A DNA stretch of 63,534 nucleotides, counting the filler, from Octopus bimaculoides (lineage: Eukaryota), in assembly GCF_001194135.2 (NCBI RefSeq). It is 7 parts of 6 records of this genome, joined end to end, with 100 filler letters (N's around TTAATTAATTAA, not from the genome) between each part and the next. Parts side by side here need not be neighbours in the genome. Positions count along the whole stretch, not along the records: positions 21,413 to 24,926 come from NC_068991.1; positions 25,027 to 38,825 come from NC_068991.1; 5 more parts are not named here. One strand, written 5' to 3'. The notes under the pieces were generated by a model. It was not told where the DNA came from. It saw nothing but the letters and a program-made list of their open reading frames with translations, and ran no database searches. Positions 24,171-35,965 of the stretch are shown in pieces. The position numbers and the translations under genes were made by a program. Position 1 is the first letter of the stretch. The number at the start of each line of letters is the position of its first letter.

Positions 24171-24889
24171 TCTATAAAATGATCGATTGCACGACGTGCA
24201 ATACCATACATCGGATCAAATAATAATAATATAACTGAAGGAAACACGAGATAGGAAACGGCTACAAATGGAACGCCTTATACCATAGAGTTTAGGTTGG
24301 TTAGAGTTTAGGTTGATTAGAGTTTAGGCCGAAAGAAGCATCAGCAGCAACATCATTAGCATTATAATTGATTGCATCATGTAATCTCTGATATACAAAG
24401 AAGACGAGATAGTCGCAGTCAAAAGACATTAGTTCATAGGATGGCCTGATCAGATCAAACTTGAGGTTAAACAACAATAAAACGTAAAAGCAAGAACGTC
24501 AGTATAGTATGCCGTAGTATATAACAGGTATGAACATTATATTGGTTTAAACAGATTTTGCGATTTGAAACTGCAGCAAAAGATTATAAACCAATGAAAA
24601 TACTGCAAACCAATTAGGTTGGCACACTAGTGTCTTTATAATCTTTTCGTTTAATATCTTAAAACGAATTTAATCCATTACATAACATACGCACACACAT
24701 ACACACACATACACTGACACAGACACCGACACACACATACACACATAAAGACAAATACTGTTATACATAGTTATACGAGCTATCGAATAAGTGTATGTGC
24801 GTATATATGTATTTATCTGTATATATATGTATATGTATATATGTATATGTATATATATATGTATATATACATATACATATATGTATATA

Positions 24890-24926
<37 letters not shown>

Positions 24927-25026
24927 NNNNNNNNNNNNNNNNNNNNNNNNNNNNNNNNNNNNNNNNNNNNTTAATTAATTAANNNNNNNNNNNNNNNNNN
25001 NNNNNNNNNNNNNNNNNNNNNNNNNN

Positions 25027-25060
<34 letters not shown>

Positions 25061-25063
<3 letters not shown>

Positions 25064-25635
25064 TAGGAATGGTATTATTAAAATACCATCACGAGTGGCA
25101 AGCGAATTATCAGCCGTATAGGCAAATTAATAAAATATGTACATACAATATTAGATATGTACATATATACACAAGGGTATTATATGAGTACCTATATCGC
25201 TAAAAATAGAAGTCAAAAAATACTTCTATACCACCAAATAGTCACAAATCTATTACAGACATGATAGGAAAAAATATCAGTGAACGATAATAATGTCTTA
25301 CTGGGTCAGAACAAGTAAATGCTGGTCAACTTGGTACCGGTTTCAAAATTTAGCGCTAAATAGGTGCCTGATTTCTCATCAGCCAAACTCTGCCAGCTAA
25401 ATTACTACTAACATTCTCCCCCATCATGCCTGCAAAAGTTCATTTGAAGTGACCAAGCACCATAGGAACAAATGAAATGTGTAAAATTATTTATAAATAA
25501 ATATAGGGATGGTATTATTAAAATACCATCACAAGTGGCAAGCGAATTATCAGCTGTGCAGGCAAATTGATAAAATATATACATACAATATTAGATATGT
25601 ACATATATACACAAGGGTACTACATGAGTATCTAT
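25061..25635 (-). mobile_element. Partial tandem unit (440-bp period), pseudo-LTR/retrozyme-like
   Basis: 25061-25195 and 25501-25635 are direct repeats with about 10 mismatches in 135 nt; a hammerhead lies between them; abuts (TA)n. Confidence 0.7.
25328..25389 (-). ncRNA. Minimal type-I hammerhead ribozyme, near-canonical
   Basis: AGTTTGG-CTGATGA-GAAA..(stem II)..TTTT-GAAA-CCGG-TA-CCAAGTT; 7-bp stem I (2 G.U), ACCGGT palindrome, GUA cleavage triplet. Confidence 0.8.
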
Positions 25636-25639
25636 TTGC

Positions 25640-27640
25640 ACCCAAGGAGTCAACTCGATAAAAAGGTGAAAATCAAACTGACATCCTTTGTCTGTAGTAA
25701 TCATCACAGTTGTGCTAAAACGTAAAACCCAGTGAAACACTAGTGTTTTGGTGACAGTTTCCGCAGAAGTATCCAATGGGAAAACTTCCGGCCGGCAAGA
25801 AAAACCTGTCAATGCAGGTGAAAAGGTGAATGCAGTTGTGAGAAGGAGGCAGCAGTCCAACAATATCTATATGCACATGCTGGAAATGTGCATCAGGTGT
25901 TGCGAAAGTGCCGAATGGTGATTTTACACGACAGTGGATTTTCGCCTTTTGACATACGATGCAACTCCTAACCCAAGTGTGGATGTCTTTGTTGATACTC
26001 GTCAACATTTTCTGTGTTAAGCGGATGCCAAGATGTGATAGGTAGCGGAAAGCAGAGAAAATTTGTCATCAATGTTTTTCTGGCACGTAGCAAGTGGAAG
26101 TATTGCACCGCATATGACTGGCAAAAGAAGGTAGTGGAAACAGCTGGAATGAATTCCAAAGCTCAATAAGCTCTTCGTTGCCTTCCTGATCTGCTGTGAT
26201 TTGCTGAATATCAATAGTTGCTGGGGTGTGCAATTCATATACAAGTGGTTTATGATCTGTATAGATGCTGAAAACCAACTCTTCTAACATATGGCGAAAA
26301 TGTTTGACAGACAGATACACTGCCAGCAATTCACGCCCAAAAATACTGTATTAAGCCTCTGCTGGCTGAAGTTGTTTCGAAAAGAAGGATAAGGGTTGCC
26401 AAACACCATCCGCTGAAGTACACTTCCTATTCCAGAAAGGGACATGTCAACCAGTAAAGAGAATAGAGCACCAGGTTTGGGATAAACCAGTATTACAGCC
26501 CTAGCCAGCATATCTTTTAATTTATTAAAAGGGGCTAACTCTGCTTTGCTTATTGCATGATTCCTCCTCATTTTGTTGTGATGAAGATCCATAAGTGACT
26601 GAGCTGCTTCAGTGCAGTGAGGGAGTAACTGCTGGTAAAAATTAATCAATCCTAAAAACTCGCGTAGTTTTCAGATGGATGTAGTTGTAGGGAAGTTGAC
26701 TATGGGATCCACTTTTGCAGGGAGAGTATGAATTCCATCCTTGTCGACAATATATCCGAGTAATGGTAATGATGAGGCTCATGCACTTACCGGTGTTAAT
26801 TACAATGCCATACTCAGCTAACCACTGGAAAAGTTGATGCAAATGCCCCTCATGTTCCTCCTCAGAATTACTCGCCACTAACAGATCGTCTATGTAAGAG
26901 TAGACGAACAGTAAACCCTGTATAACGGTATCCATAAAGTGCTGGAATGTCTACATGATATTACATAGGCCAAAAGGCATCCGCAAGGACTTGAACAGTC
27001 TGAAGGGCATGGTGATTACCATCTTCGGAACCTCAGCAGGTTCGACAGGGATCTTATTGTAGGCACACACAAGATTGACCTTGGAAAATATTTGAGCTCT
27101 GTCCAGTGGGCTAGAAAAATCATGCAAGAGTGGTATGGGGTAGGTGCCAGGCACCGTAGGGTTGTTGAGGGCTTGAAACTCCTCACAAGGGCACCAGCCG
27201 TTCGTCTCTTTCTTGGGTACCAAATGGAGTGAAGGGGACCAACTGCTATTGGATGGTTGAATAATCCCCTGATCTAACGTGTTGGAACTCCTGATTAACG
27301 ACCCTCAAGCAGTCATGTGGCAGTCTTTGCAGTTCCGCAGCAATAGGTGGGCCGATCGTTTTAATGTGGTGAGTAACATTGTGTTTGATGTCCTTGTTTT
27401 GGAACACTGGTTGGGTAATGTCCAGGTACTGGCAGAGAATAGCGTCATATTGGCTAGTTGTTGACCGCAACAGGAGAGGACCCATTCGACAGAAAAACTT
27501 AACTAAACTGTTTTTAACTTTCTGTACTTTTTGGTCTTTATGGACCCACAACTTATTGTTAAATTTTATGATAGATTTTCTGGTTGCCAACACAACATTA
27601 ATTTCTTCCCTGATGAAACCAGCTTTGTTATGAGCAAGCC
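25640..27640 (-). mobile_element. Ty3/Gypsy LTR retrotransposon pol fragment (RT-RNase H-integrase), pseudogenised, no LTRs seen
   Basis: In order on the minus strand: MVPKK...YPIP, MPFGL, YIDDLLVAS, VDMSLSGIGSVL, IYTDHKPL, CIVCQKAK, HVHIDIVG, ITTDKGCQF; many frameshifts. Confidence 0.92.
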
Positions 27641-27689
27641 AAAGTGCCTTATTAAGTACTTTTGGGTTGATGGATGAATAAAAACTAGA

Positions 27690-28420
27690 AATGTCAAACT
27701 GGATAAACTTAGTGCTCCTCTTATTAGTAATAGAACTAAACCAGTTGACGACTTGGAATGAATTCTCCCTAAATTATTTTATAAGATCATTGAGAAAAAC
27801 TTCCTCCAAGGACATAAATACCACCTAATTTTCAGCAAACATTGTTTGAAATTGTCCTACTTGGCTACTCCAAATTTAGATTTAATTATAGCGGCAAATA
27901 ACAGATACAAACTTAGCAATAATAATAGCGACAGTTTGAATAAAGGTCCTATGGGGCCAAATTTTAGTGAAGCAAAATGTAAGACAAATATTGTGGATAG
28001 GGGGTAGTGGTACTAAATCTCTAAACAAAGCATGCAATTGCCGCTCCCAGGAGTCATGCCCCTTAAGAGGCAATTGCTTGAGAAGAAATGTCTACAAGTG
28101 CGAAGTAAACACATTAAATTCTATGAGACTTAGGAAAATTTATATAGGGAGTACCATCGATTTTAAAAAAAGATATGAGACATAAGAATTCATTCATTAA
28201 CCCTAATATAAAAAAATTCCATGGAATTAGCAACACATATTAATCATCTCAAAGTGGAAAACATCGAGTATAATTTGGAGTAGTTGATAATCACCGAATC
28301 TACACCTTATAACATTTATACGAAAATATGTAGATTTTGTATAAAAGAAGCGATTAGTATCCTTTATGCCAGCAACAAAAATAAAAATATACTATTAAAT
28401 AATATTATGGATGCTTTAGT
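27690..28420 (+). mobile_element. Penelope-like element, 3' part of ORF (RT thumb/linker + GIY-YIG), decayed
   Basis: KNFLQGHKYHLIFSKHCLKLSY..TPNL; CNCRSQESCPLRGNCL..NVYKC...KIYIGST..FKKRY; MELATHINHLK...ICRFCIKE. Confidence 0.85.
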
Positions 28421-29440
28421 ATGTTGTAAACAAATATTTATCGACTTTTAAATTTTTTACTGTATAAAAATACAGCTTTAGAATGCATGAATATATGGAT
28501 TTAAAATCTTTAACCTTAAATTACAACACCCTAAAATATATAAATATACAATGGAATATTCCAATAGGCCATGACTTACATGATTAGTAACATGCACACC
28601 TGTCTACCTATTCAACTATTCAATTGTTTTTCTTTATAAATGGTTCTATTCCAGCATCATAACTATCTTACTTTTGGATGGTCCTGCATCTATTTTGTCA
28701 ATTATATTTTTAATTATTTAATCATTAGACATCTACCCACCTATAGGAATTCATCATTTAGAACTTAACTTGACTTTACCACAAACAGTGAACCCTGTTC
28801 CTACAGCCCTTTAATATTTTCTGAAACAGCTGTAGGTTTTTAACTGACTTTTACTTTTCATGATATTTCTTTTTGCTGAACTTTATTTACAATTTTTAAT
28901 CTTGATGACATGTATCTACACACACATACACGTTTCTTATGATCATATGTCATCATTATATACTCGAATAGAATGTCTTACTTCATTTGAATTTTATTAT
29001 TTGAATTATTTTGACATATATATGTGTGTTTCTTAATCCTAAAAGTACATGAATGGAACAACATATCCCGTCCAATCACGTCTTATAAATCACTGGAAAC
29101 ATGATTTCATTTATTTGGGTGTAAATTACTGAAAACCGAAGTTTATATCTTCTACTAAAACTAAATTTTCATTACTCCTTAGCTCATAAACGAGCACAAA
29201 AACAGTTTTACTATACATAGAGTATCCTCTCCACTGACATTTCTTGTGTGTGTGTGTATATATATATATATACATATATATANNNNNNNNNNNNNNNNNN
29301 NNNNNNNNNNNNNNNNNNNNNNNNNNNNNNNNNNNNNNNNNNNNNNNNNNNNNNNNNNNNNNNNNNNNNNNNNNNNNNNNNNNNNNNNNNNNNNNNNNNN
29401 NNNNNNNNNNNNNATACATACATACATACACATATACATA

Positions 29441-29497
29441 GGCACAGGAGTGGCTCTGTGGTAAGAAGCTTGCTTCCCAAACACATGGTTCCGGGTT
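29441..29497 (+). mobile_element. SINE family A head (its 3' module lies at 32326-32500)
   Basis: GGCACAGGAGTGGCTCTGTGGTAAGAAGCTTGCTTCCCAAACACATGGTTCCGGGTT. Confidence 0.8.
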
Positions 29498-30064
29498 AGG
29501 TGGTAACAATTCAAAGTGAATTGCTTTTTTGCAATCCCACCAGATAGAGAGAAGAACCTTTTTCCCATGAAGTTCCCTTCTCAGTTGTGGTTGAGCTTTT
29601 TCCCTTTCACCAAGCCACTGCTTACGACATTTAACATTTCAATAGAAGATCCATTTTTCGTCACCAGTCACAAATCTATCCAAAAAGTGTGAAATGAGTT
29701 CGCAAGAATGGACAGAAGAGCAGATGTCAACTCGGGATTTGCGGTTGCTTTTGGACAATTCATGAGGCACCCATTTTCCAAGTTTAGGAACCTTTCAAAG
29801 TTGTTGAAGATGACGATGAACAGTTGTATGGTTTGAACTAAGCTTTATTGCCAATTCTTCAACTGATAATGCAGGATTTTCTTCAAGTAATGCCTCAAGG
29901 AGCTTATCATCAATCCTCTTTGATCTTCATCTTCAAGGCTGAAATCTCCACTTCTGAATTTTGCAAACCATCTTCTGCAAGTTCTTTCATTCATGCATTC
30001 TGTCCCATAAACTAAGTGTATGTTTCGAGTAGCTTTGGCTGCAGAGTTTCCTTTTTTGTACTAG
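29498..30064 (-). mobile_element. mariner transposase, middle part (continues the piece at 32098-32323)
   Basis: YKKGNSAAKATRNI...ERTCRRWFAKFRSGDFSLEDE, KLGKWVPHELS, RFVTGDEKWIFY, KKVLLSIWWD...HFELLP. Confidence 0.9.
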
Positions 30065-30096
<32 letters not shown>

Positions 30097-32097
30097 GTTT
30101 AACGTCTGCTTTCCATGTTGGCATGGGTTGGACGATTTGACTGAGGACTGGCGAGCCAGATGGCTGCACCGGGTTCCAATCTGATCTGGCAGAGCTTCTA
30201 CAGCTGGATGCCCATCCTAATGCCAACCACTCCAAGAATGTAGTGGGTGCTTTTACGTGCCACTGGCACGAGGGCCTGTCAGGTGGTACTGGCAATGACC
30301 ACACTCAAATGGTGTTTTTTACGTGCCACATGCACAGAAGCCAGTCCAGCGGCGCTGGCAATGACCTCACTCGAATATTGTTTTTCATGTGCCACCGGCA
30401 CAAGTACCAGTAAAGCGACACTGGTTATGATCATGCTCGAATCATGCTTTTTACAGGCCACTGGCACGGGAGCTAATCAGCAGCCCTGGCAACAATCATG
30501 CTCGGATGGTGCTGTTAGCGCTCCACTAGCACGGATGCCCGTCATGCGGTGCTGTCATTGAATTTGATTTCGATTTGATTTCACTTGCCTCAATAGGTCT
30601 TCAGAAGCAGAGTTTTAGTGTCCAGTGAAGGAAAGGTATGCATAAGTGGGCTGGTTACACCCCTGGCATAGGCCACGGGTTATGGTCTCACTTGGTTTGT
30701 GGGGTCTTCTCAAGCACAGCATAATTCCAAAGGTCTTGGTCACTAGTCATTGCCTTGGTGAGGCCTAATGTTCAAAGGTTGTGTTTCACCACTTCATCCC
30801 AGGTCTTCCTGGGTCTACCTCTTCCACAAGTTCCCTCAACCGCTGGGGTGTGGCACTTTTTCACACAGATATCCCCATCCAATCTCACCACATGACCATA
30901 CCAGCACAATCGTCTCTCTTGCACACCACATCTGATGCTTCTTAGGTTCAACTTTTCTCTCAAGATATTTACACTCTGTTGGGTATGCACACTGACATTA
31001 CACATCCATCGGAGCATACTGGCTTCATTCCTTGCAAGCTTACGCATGTCCTCAGCAGTCACAGCCCGTGTTTCACTGCCATGTAGCATGGCTGTTCGTA
31101 CACATGCGTCATACAGTCTACTTTTTACTCTGAGCGAGAGGCCCTTTGTNNNNNNNNNNAGATATTTACACTCTGTTGGGTATGCACACTGACATTACAC
31201 ATCCATCGGAGCATACTGGCTTCATTCCTTGCAAGCTTACGCATGTCCTCAGCAGTCACAGCCCGTGTTTCACTGCCATGTAGCATGGCTGTTCGTACAC
31301 ATGCGTCATACAGTCTACTTTTTACTCTGAGCGAGAGGCCCTTTGTCACCAGCAGAGGTAGGAGCTCTCTGAACTTTGCCCAGGCTATTCTTATTCTAGC
31401 AGCTACACTCTCAGAGCACCCACCCCCTGCTACTGACTTGGTCACCTAGGTAATAGAAGCTATCAACTACTTCTAGTCTTTCTCCCTGGAATGTGGCAGA
31501 AGTTGTTTTCTGCACCTTTTCAATGTTTATTGCTCCTGAGCATCTGCCACATACAAAAACTAACTTGCTAGTTAATATTCCTTCGATATTGCTGCACCTC
31601 TTATGTGTCCATAGCTTACATTGGGTACATCCTATAGAGTTTCTACCTACACCTTTTCTACAGATCGTGCAGGGCCATCTACCTGAAGGGATTTGTGGTT
31701 TGTCTGCATTCCTACTTATTAAGACTTTGCTTTTAGCTAGGTTGACTCTAAGGTCCTTCAATTCTAATCTTGTCTTGAATTCCTGTCTTGAATTCCTCTG
31801 TTATTGTCTAGAGTTCTATGATAGATGGGAGGGGGATGAGGACTGAACCTTGGTGGACCCCTACCTCTATCTGGAATTCTTCACTGTACTCGTTGCCAAC
31901 CCTCACCTTATTGACAGCGTTCCTGTACATGTTTTGTACAGCTCTCACTAACCATTCATCTATCCCTAGTTTCCTCATTGACCACGAAATAAGGGATCAG
32001 TCAAAGGCTTTCTACATGTCAACGAAAGCCAGGTACAGAGGTTTATCTTTAGCTAGGTATTTCTCCTGCAGCTGTCTTATCTAAACTGACTCTCTCC
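30065..32097 (-). mobile_element. RTE LINE, 5'-truncated, with a PHD-like finger inside the RT; inserted in the mariner
   Basis: YLAFVDM.KAFD, LRVNLAKSKVL, CTICRKGVGRNSIGCTQCKLWTHKRC...CGRC, VDSFYYLGD, LHGSET, QERRL.WYGHV, GRGRPRKTW; (GAT)n tail. Confidence 0.92.
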
Positions 32098-32323
32098 CTC
32101 ATAAAGCATTATGTGCCTCAAATGCTCTTTGGATACTTCCATGTTAGAAAGGGTTTTAATCAAAGAAATTTTAATTCTATTCTGTAAAATGATATTTAAT
32201 TAGTTTGAATGTACACAAATGCATAAAAATAATTTTTAATTCCATTAGACATTCTAAAATACTATTAAATTTCATTCAATTTTAAAAACGGTAAAATCGG
32301 ACAGAATTTATGGGATGATCTGA
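32098..32323 (-). mobile_element. mariner 5' end (TIR, 5' UTR, MEVSKEHLRHIMLYE)
   Basis: TA|TCAGATCATCCCATAAATTCTGTCCG TIR-like end; ATG at 32142; joins in frame to YKKGN at about 30060. Confidence 0.85.
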
Positions 32324-32325
32324 TA

Positions 32326-32500
32326 TTTGTGTGTCTGTGTTTGTTCCCCCACCATCACTTTTGACAACCATGCTGGTATGTTTACATCCCCGTAACTTAG
32401 CAATTCAGCAAAGAAACCAATAGAATAAGTACTAGGCTTACAAAGAATAAGTCCTGGAGTCGATTTCTTCAATGACTGAAACGAATAAAAGAAATAAAAA
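32326..32500 (+). mobile_element. SINE family A 3' module
   Basis: TTTGTGTGTCTGTGTTTGTTCCCC...GAATAAGTACTAGGCTTACAAAGAATAAG. Confidence 0.85.
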
Positions 32501-33192
32501 AACACTTATGTAATGGAGTATCACATCGGAGTCACCAACTGTAATGGAGTTAGACTTCAGAGTCACCAAATGTAACGGTGCGGTTATCCATTGTAACGGT
32601 TGTGATGTTGAAGAATAGAAAGATTATGTAAATGTCGTTGTGTTGGACTTCAAGGAATAAGGACAGTGGTTGAAGTTGATATTGACTTCAAATCATATTT
32701 ACTGTTACTTAATATGCATAGCCAAACCACGATGAGCAGACATGTATAAAATAATTGAGTTAATTTTTCTTTGTATGTGAGTGTATAATGTTCTTGTCAT
32801 TATTGCAGCAGGAAAAAGATAGACAGAGTGATGTCTCAAGTGAGAGACAGGAGTGGGAAGTTGTATGGTGAAATATCATAGCCTCCAATCGCCACGCAGG
32901 AATGTTTTCTCTCTCCCTCTGTCAGTCTACCTCTCGTCTGCTTGGAATCTCTTGTATATAAATACAAATAAGTATACAGACTAGCTAGAAAAAGAGGTAT
33001 ACCATTCTAACAATGGTTAAATTAATGTAAGTCACTCATTATCTATTTCAACTTTTCATGGCATAGAAAAGGTTAAGAGTCAAGTGGAAAGCACTTAGAT
33101 CTGCATTCCTCCTTCATGGAACAATAGACCATATGGCTGGGGAGAATTTCTAGATTCGATTTCAAATCTCAGGTAGAATCAAACAAGGTCTC

Positions 33193-33227
<35 letters not shown>

Positions 33228-33423
33228 TAGAAAATGAAATGACACAGGAAAAACAATGCTTATGGTATGAACTTCATTAACTTACAGCTGTTTCTTGTTT
33301 CTTTTATAAGATGCAGTGGATTCTTAGTTTCGTGCCTGAATAACATCCTGTAGTTTCATTGGAGCCTTGAATATGAAGTGCAATTTATTTGGGAAAAAGA
33401 ACTGTATTTTCGCAATGCTAAGT

Positions 33424-34272
33424 CTGATCAATAAGTATCCGGACTGTTGCCATAGTTAAAGCATGCAGAGTGAAGCTGCTTGACACAGATTGACCATGAA
33501 CTTTGCTTTACCTGCGCACTAAGTTTTAACATTCTACCTCACTTCCACTGTTTACAGCAGTGCTTGGCAGGAAGATGTGTAACATGTGATCATCACATTG
33601 ACCATGACATAGAAGGTTGTCATAGCAATACCTGCCGACGCAAAGTTGCAGAATGTGCATGGAGAGGAGTGTATGAGCCACAAATAAGTGTATGAGTGGT
33701 TCAGACATTTCCATAGTGGCCCAAAAAAATGTTGATAGTGACGAATGTTCTGGGAGACCCACAACCAGCAGAACTGAGAAAAACATTGCAGATGTGCATG
33801 CAGCTGTGAGGGGAAACCATTCATGAGTTATCAGATTTGCAGATTAGTTATGGTTCAGTTTAGTCCATTATCACTGAAGATTTGGGTATGAGATGCGTGC
33901 CTGCCAAGTTTGTGCCAAAACTACTTTCAGCTCACCAAAAAGGGACTCTGGTTTCAGTTGCACAAAATCTTGATTGTGTTGAGAAGGGTGAAAACTATTT
34001 AAAAACTTTGTGTAGGCCTCTGAACAGGTATTGCCAAGCTTTTGGCAAAATTTGATGCAGATTCTCCACTCAGCTTTCTCTATCATGGTCAATGCAATGA
34101 TCACACTACAGACGTTCCTTCTAAGCACTACTGTAAACAGGGGAAGTGAGCTAGAATGTTAAAACTTGGTGTTTATGCACAGCAAAGTTCAAGGTCAATC
34201 TATGCTAAGCGGCTTTACTTTGCATGCTTTAGCTTCGTTACTATGGCAATAGTCCGGATACTTATTGATCAG
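33424..34272. mobile_element. Non-autonomous mariner made of two 5' ends in inverted orientation
   Basis: CTGATCAATAAGTATCCGGACTRTTGCCATAGT at both ends; about 190-bp inverted similarity; plus strand carries YEWFRHF and PAKFVPKLLS, minus strand carries MIEKAEWRICIKFCQKLG. Confidence 0.85.
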
Positions 34273-34387
34273 GGAAAGCATTACCAGTAAGACATATTTA
34301 TCAGAGGAAAACAAAAGAAATAGAGTATACATGCATGTATGTGTGTCTACAAAAGCCATGCACACAGATAAATACATGCATATATAT

Positions 34388-34598
34388 AGTCAAATCGAAT
34401 ATCAAAAGTTGAACAATTGAACATTAAAAATAACAATAAAAAAACAAGAGGATGTACACATAGAATGTATTAGTTGGAATTTGAAGGTGGAAAGGATTTT
34501 TAACATTTCAAGTATAGATCTTCGTCCAAAACAAGAACAATAAGGTCCAGAGAAAGAAAAAATTTCATGAACAGCATGTGTGGTTACATCGCTGAAGC

Positions 34599-34600
<2 letters not shown>
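34388..34600 (-). mobile_element. Decayed copy of the (TA)n-embedded hammerhead element (ribozyme relic at 34497-34531)
   Basis: TTTT-GGACGA-A-GATC-TAT-ACTT-GAAA-TGTT-AAAA aligns to the 23210 motif with transitions; flanks are similar to 23250-23330. Confidence 0.5.
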
Positions 34601-34641
<41 letters not shown>

Positions 34642-34889
34642 AATTAATTTACGAAGGTATCATTAATTCTATTATTATCCAATGTAACTATTTTAAGAAT
34701 GATAATAACAGAATCAATGATACAGGTGACAGCAGGCCAAAAAATAGTATTAAATAGCCGAGGGATTAAAATTAATCAAAGGACATACTAAGTATGTCTA
34801 CCTGCTTGAAATAACAGTCAAAACTCGTTATTAAATCGCCAAAAAAATACACTGGTGGTAACTACAGAAATCAAACGAAGGCAAATTCA

Positions 34890-35005
34890 GGAGACCAATA
34901 GGATAAGTACTTGACTTACAAAGAATAATTCCTGGAGTCGATTTGTTCAACTAAAGGCAGTGCTCCAGCATGGCTGCAGTCAAATGATTGAAACATAAAA
35001 GAATG
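34890..35005 (+). mobile_element. SINE family A 3' fragment
   Basis: GATAAGTACT..CTTACAAAGAATAA...GCTCCAGCATGGCTGCAGTCAAATGA. Confidence 0.8.
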
Positions 35006-35024
35006 CAAGACTATGCCATTTTAA

Positions 35025-35053
35025 TCCCGAGCAATGCCAGGTATCTCTGCTAG
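35025..35053 (+). mobile_element. Helitron-like 3' terminus (short hairpin + CTAG)
   Basis: CCCGAGCAATGCCAGGTATCTCTGCTAG; no body identified. Confidence 0.4.
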
Positions 35054-35284
35054 CAATAACAATTTAAGTATTTGGATTCACATGGACTAGTTTCTGCACT
35101 GGCAAAATAAGCGTTAGCTTCTTCAGTATGCATTACTAAGATAAGAGATTCCCAACCTATCCTTCTGAAGTCTGTGCCGCTACTGATTCATTTTGTGCCG
35201 AAATCACAGCAGCTTACCAGTGTAAAATAATCTCAATACAGATTTACGAAAAAAATAATTTATTAAAATTAATTTACGAAGGTA

Positions 35285-35316
<32 letters not shown>

Positions 35317-35476
35317 NNNNNNNNNNNNNNNNNNNNNNNNNNNNNNNNNNNNNNNNNNNNNNNNNNNNNNNNNNNNNNNNNNNNNNNNNNNNNNNNNNNN
35401 NNNNNNNNNNNNNNNNNNNNNNNNNNNNNNNNNNNNNNNNNNNNNNNNNNNNNNNNNNNNNNNNNNNNNNNNNNNN

Positions 35477-35509
<33 letters not shown>

Positions 35510-35965
35510 AGGAGTAAATATTCAAATGAATATTTATATAGATATTTTTATTGTTATTATTATCGGCAGTAAACTTAAATAATAGATAATAACAACAACA
35601 AAAACATAGGTGGTAGCAAGTAATAATAGCATTAAATAGCTAGAGAATAAAATTTATAATTATAATTGATTATAATTACAATAGAGGGCACACAATGCAT
35701 CTACCTGCTGGAAAGAGATGCTAAATACTGAATTACACTGGAATATACAGCAGACCAACAGAAATTGGGCATGAGAGAAACGAATATCAGAATCATCACA
35801 GAACAAAGCTGTAGAATGAAGAATTGGATATACTTGGATCATGATTTTGAGTTCTGGTTAATGCCTCAACTCTCCTCAGCAAGTATTACCATATGAGAAA
35901 AACAAACTCACCTTGTTTGGAATCTGTGTTGCTTTGAACAGTCCCACGCAAATTCATAACATCTT

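Noticed and set aside
24289-24328. Telomeric repeat (TTTAGG-containing 16-bp unit, about 2.5 copies)
   Set aside because: Short minisatellite, not a (TTAGGG)n array.
25061-25635. LTRs of the adjacent Gypsy element
   Set aside because: Both repeats are on one side, lack TG...CA ends and a PBS, and enclose a hammerhead; they fit a PLE-type tandem unit better.
30960-31349. 190-bp tandem duplication in the RTE (similarly 36745-36850)
   Set aside because: Identical copies either side of a 10-N gap; unmerged contig overlap.
33265-33365. Another GAAACAGCTGTA motif on the minus strand next to (TA)n
   Set aside because: Probably the same family as 9745, but no CUGAUGA box or stem II is recognisable.
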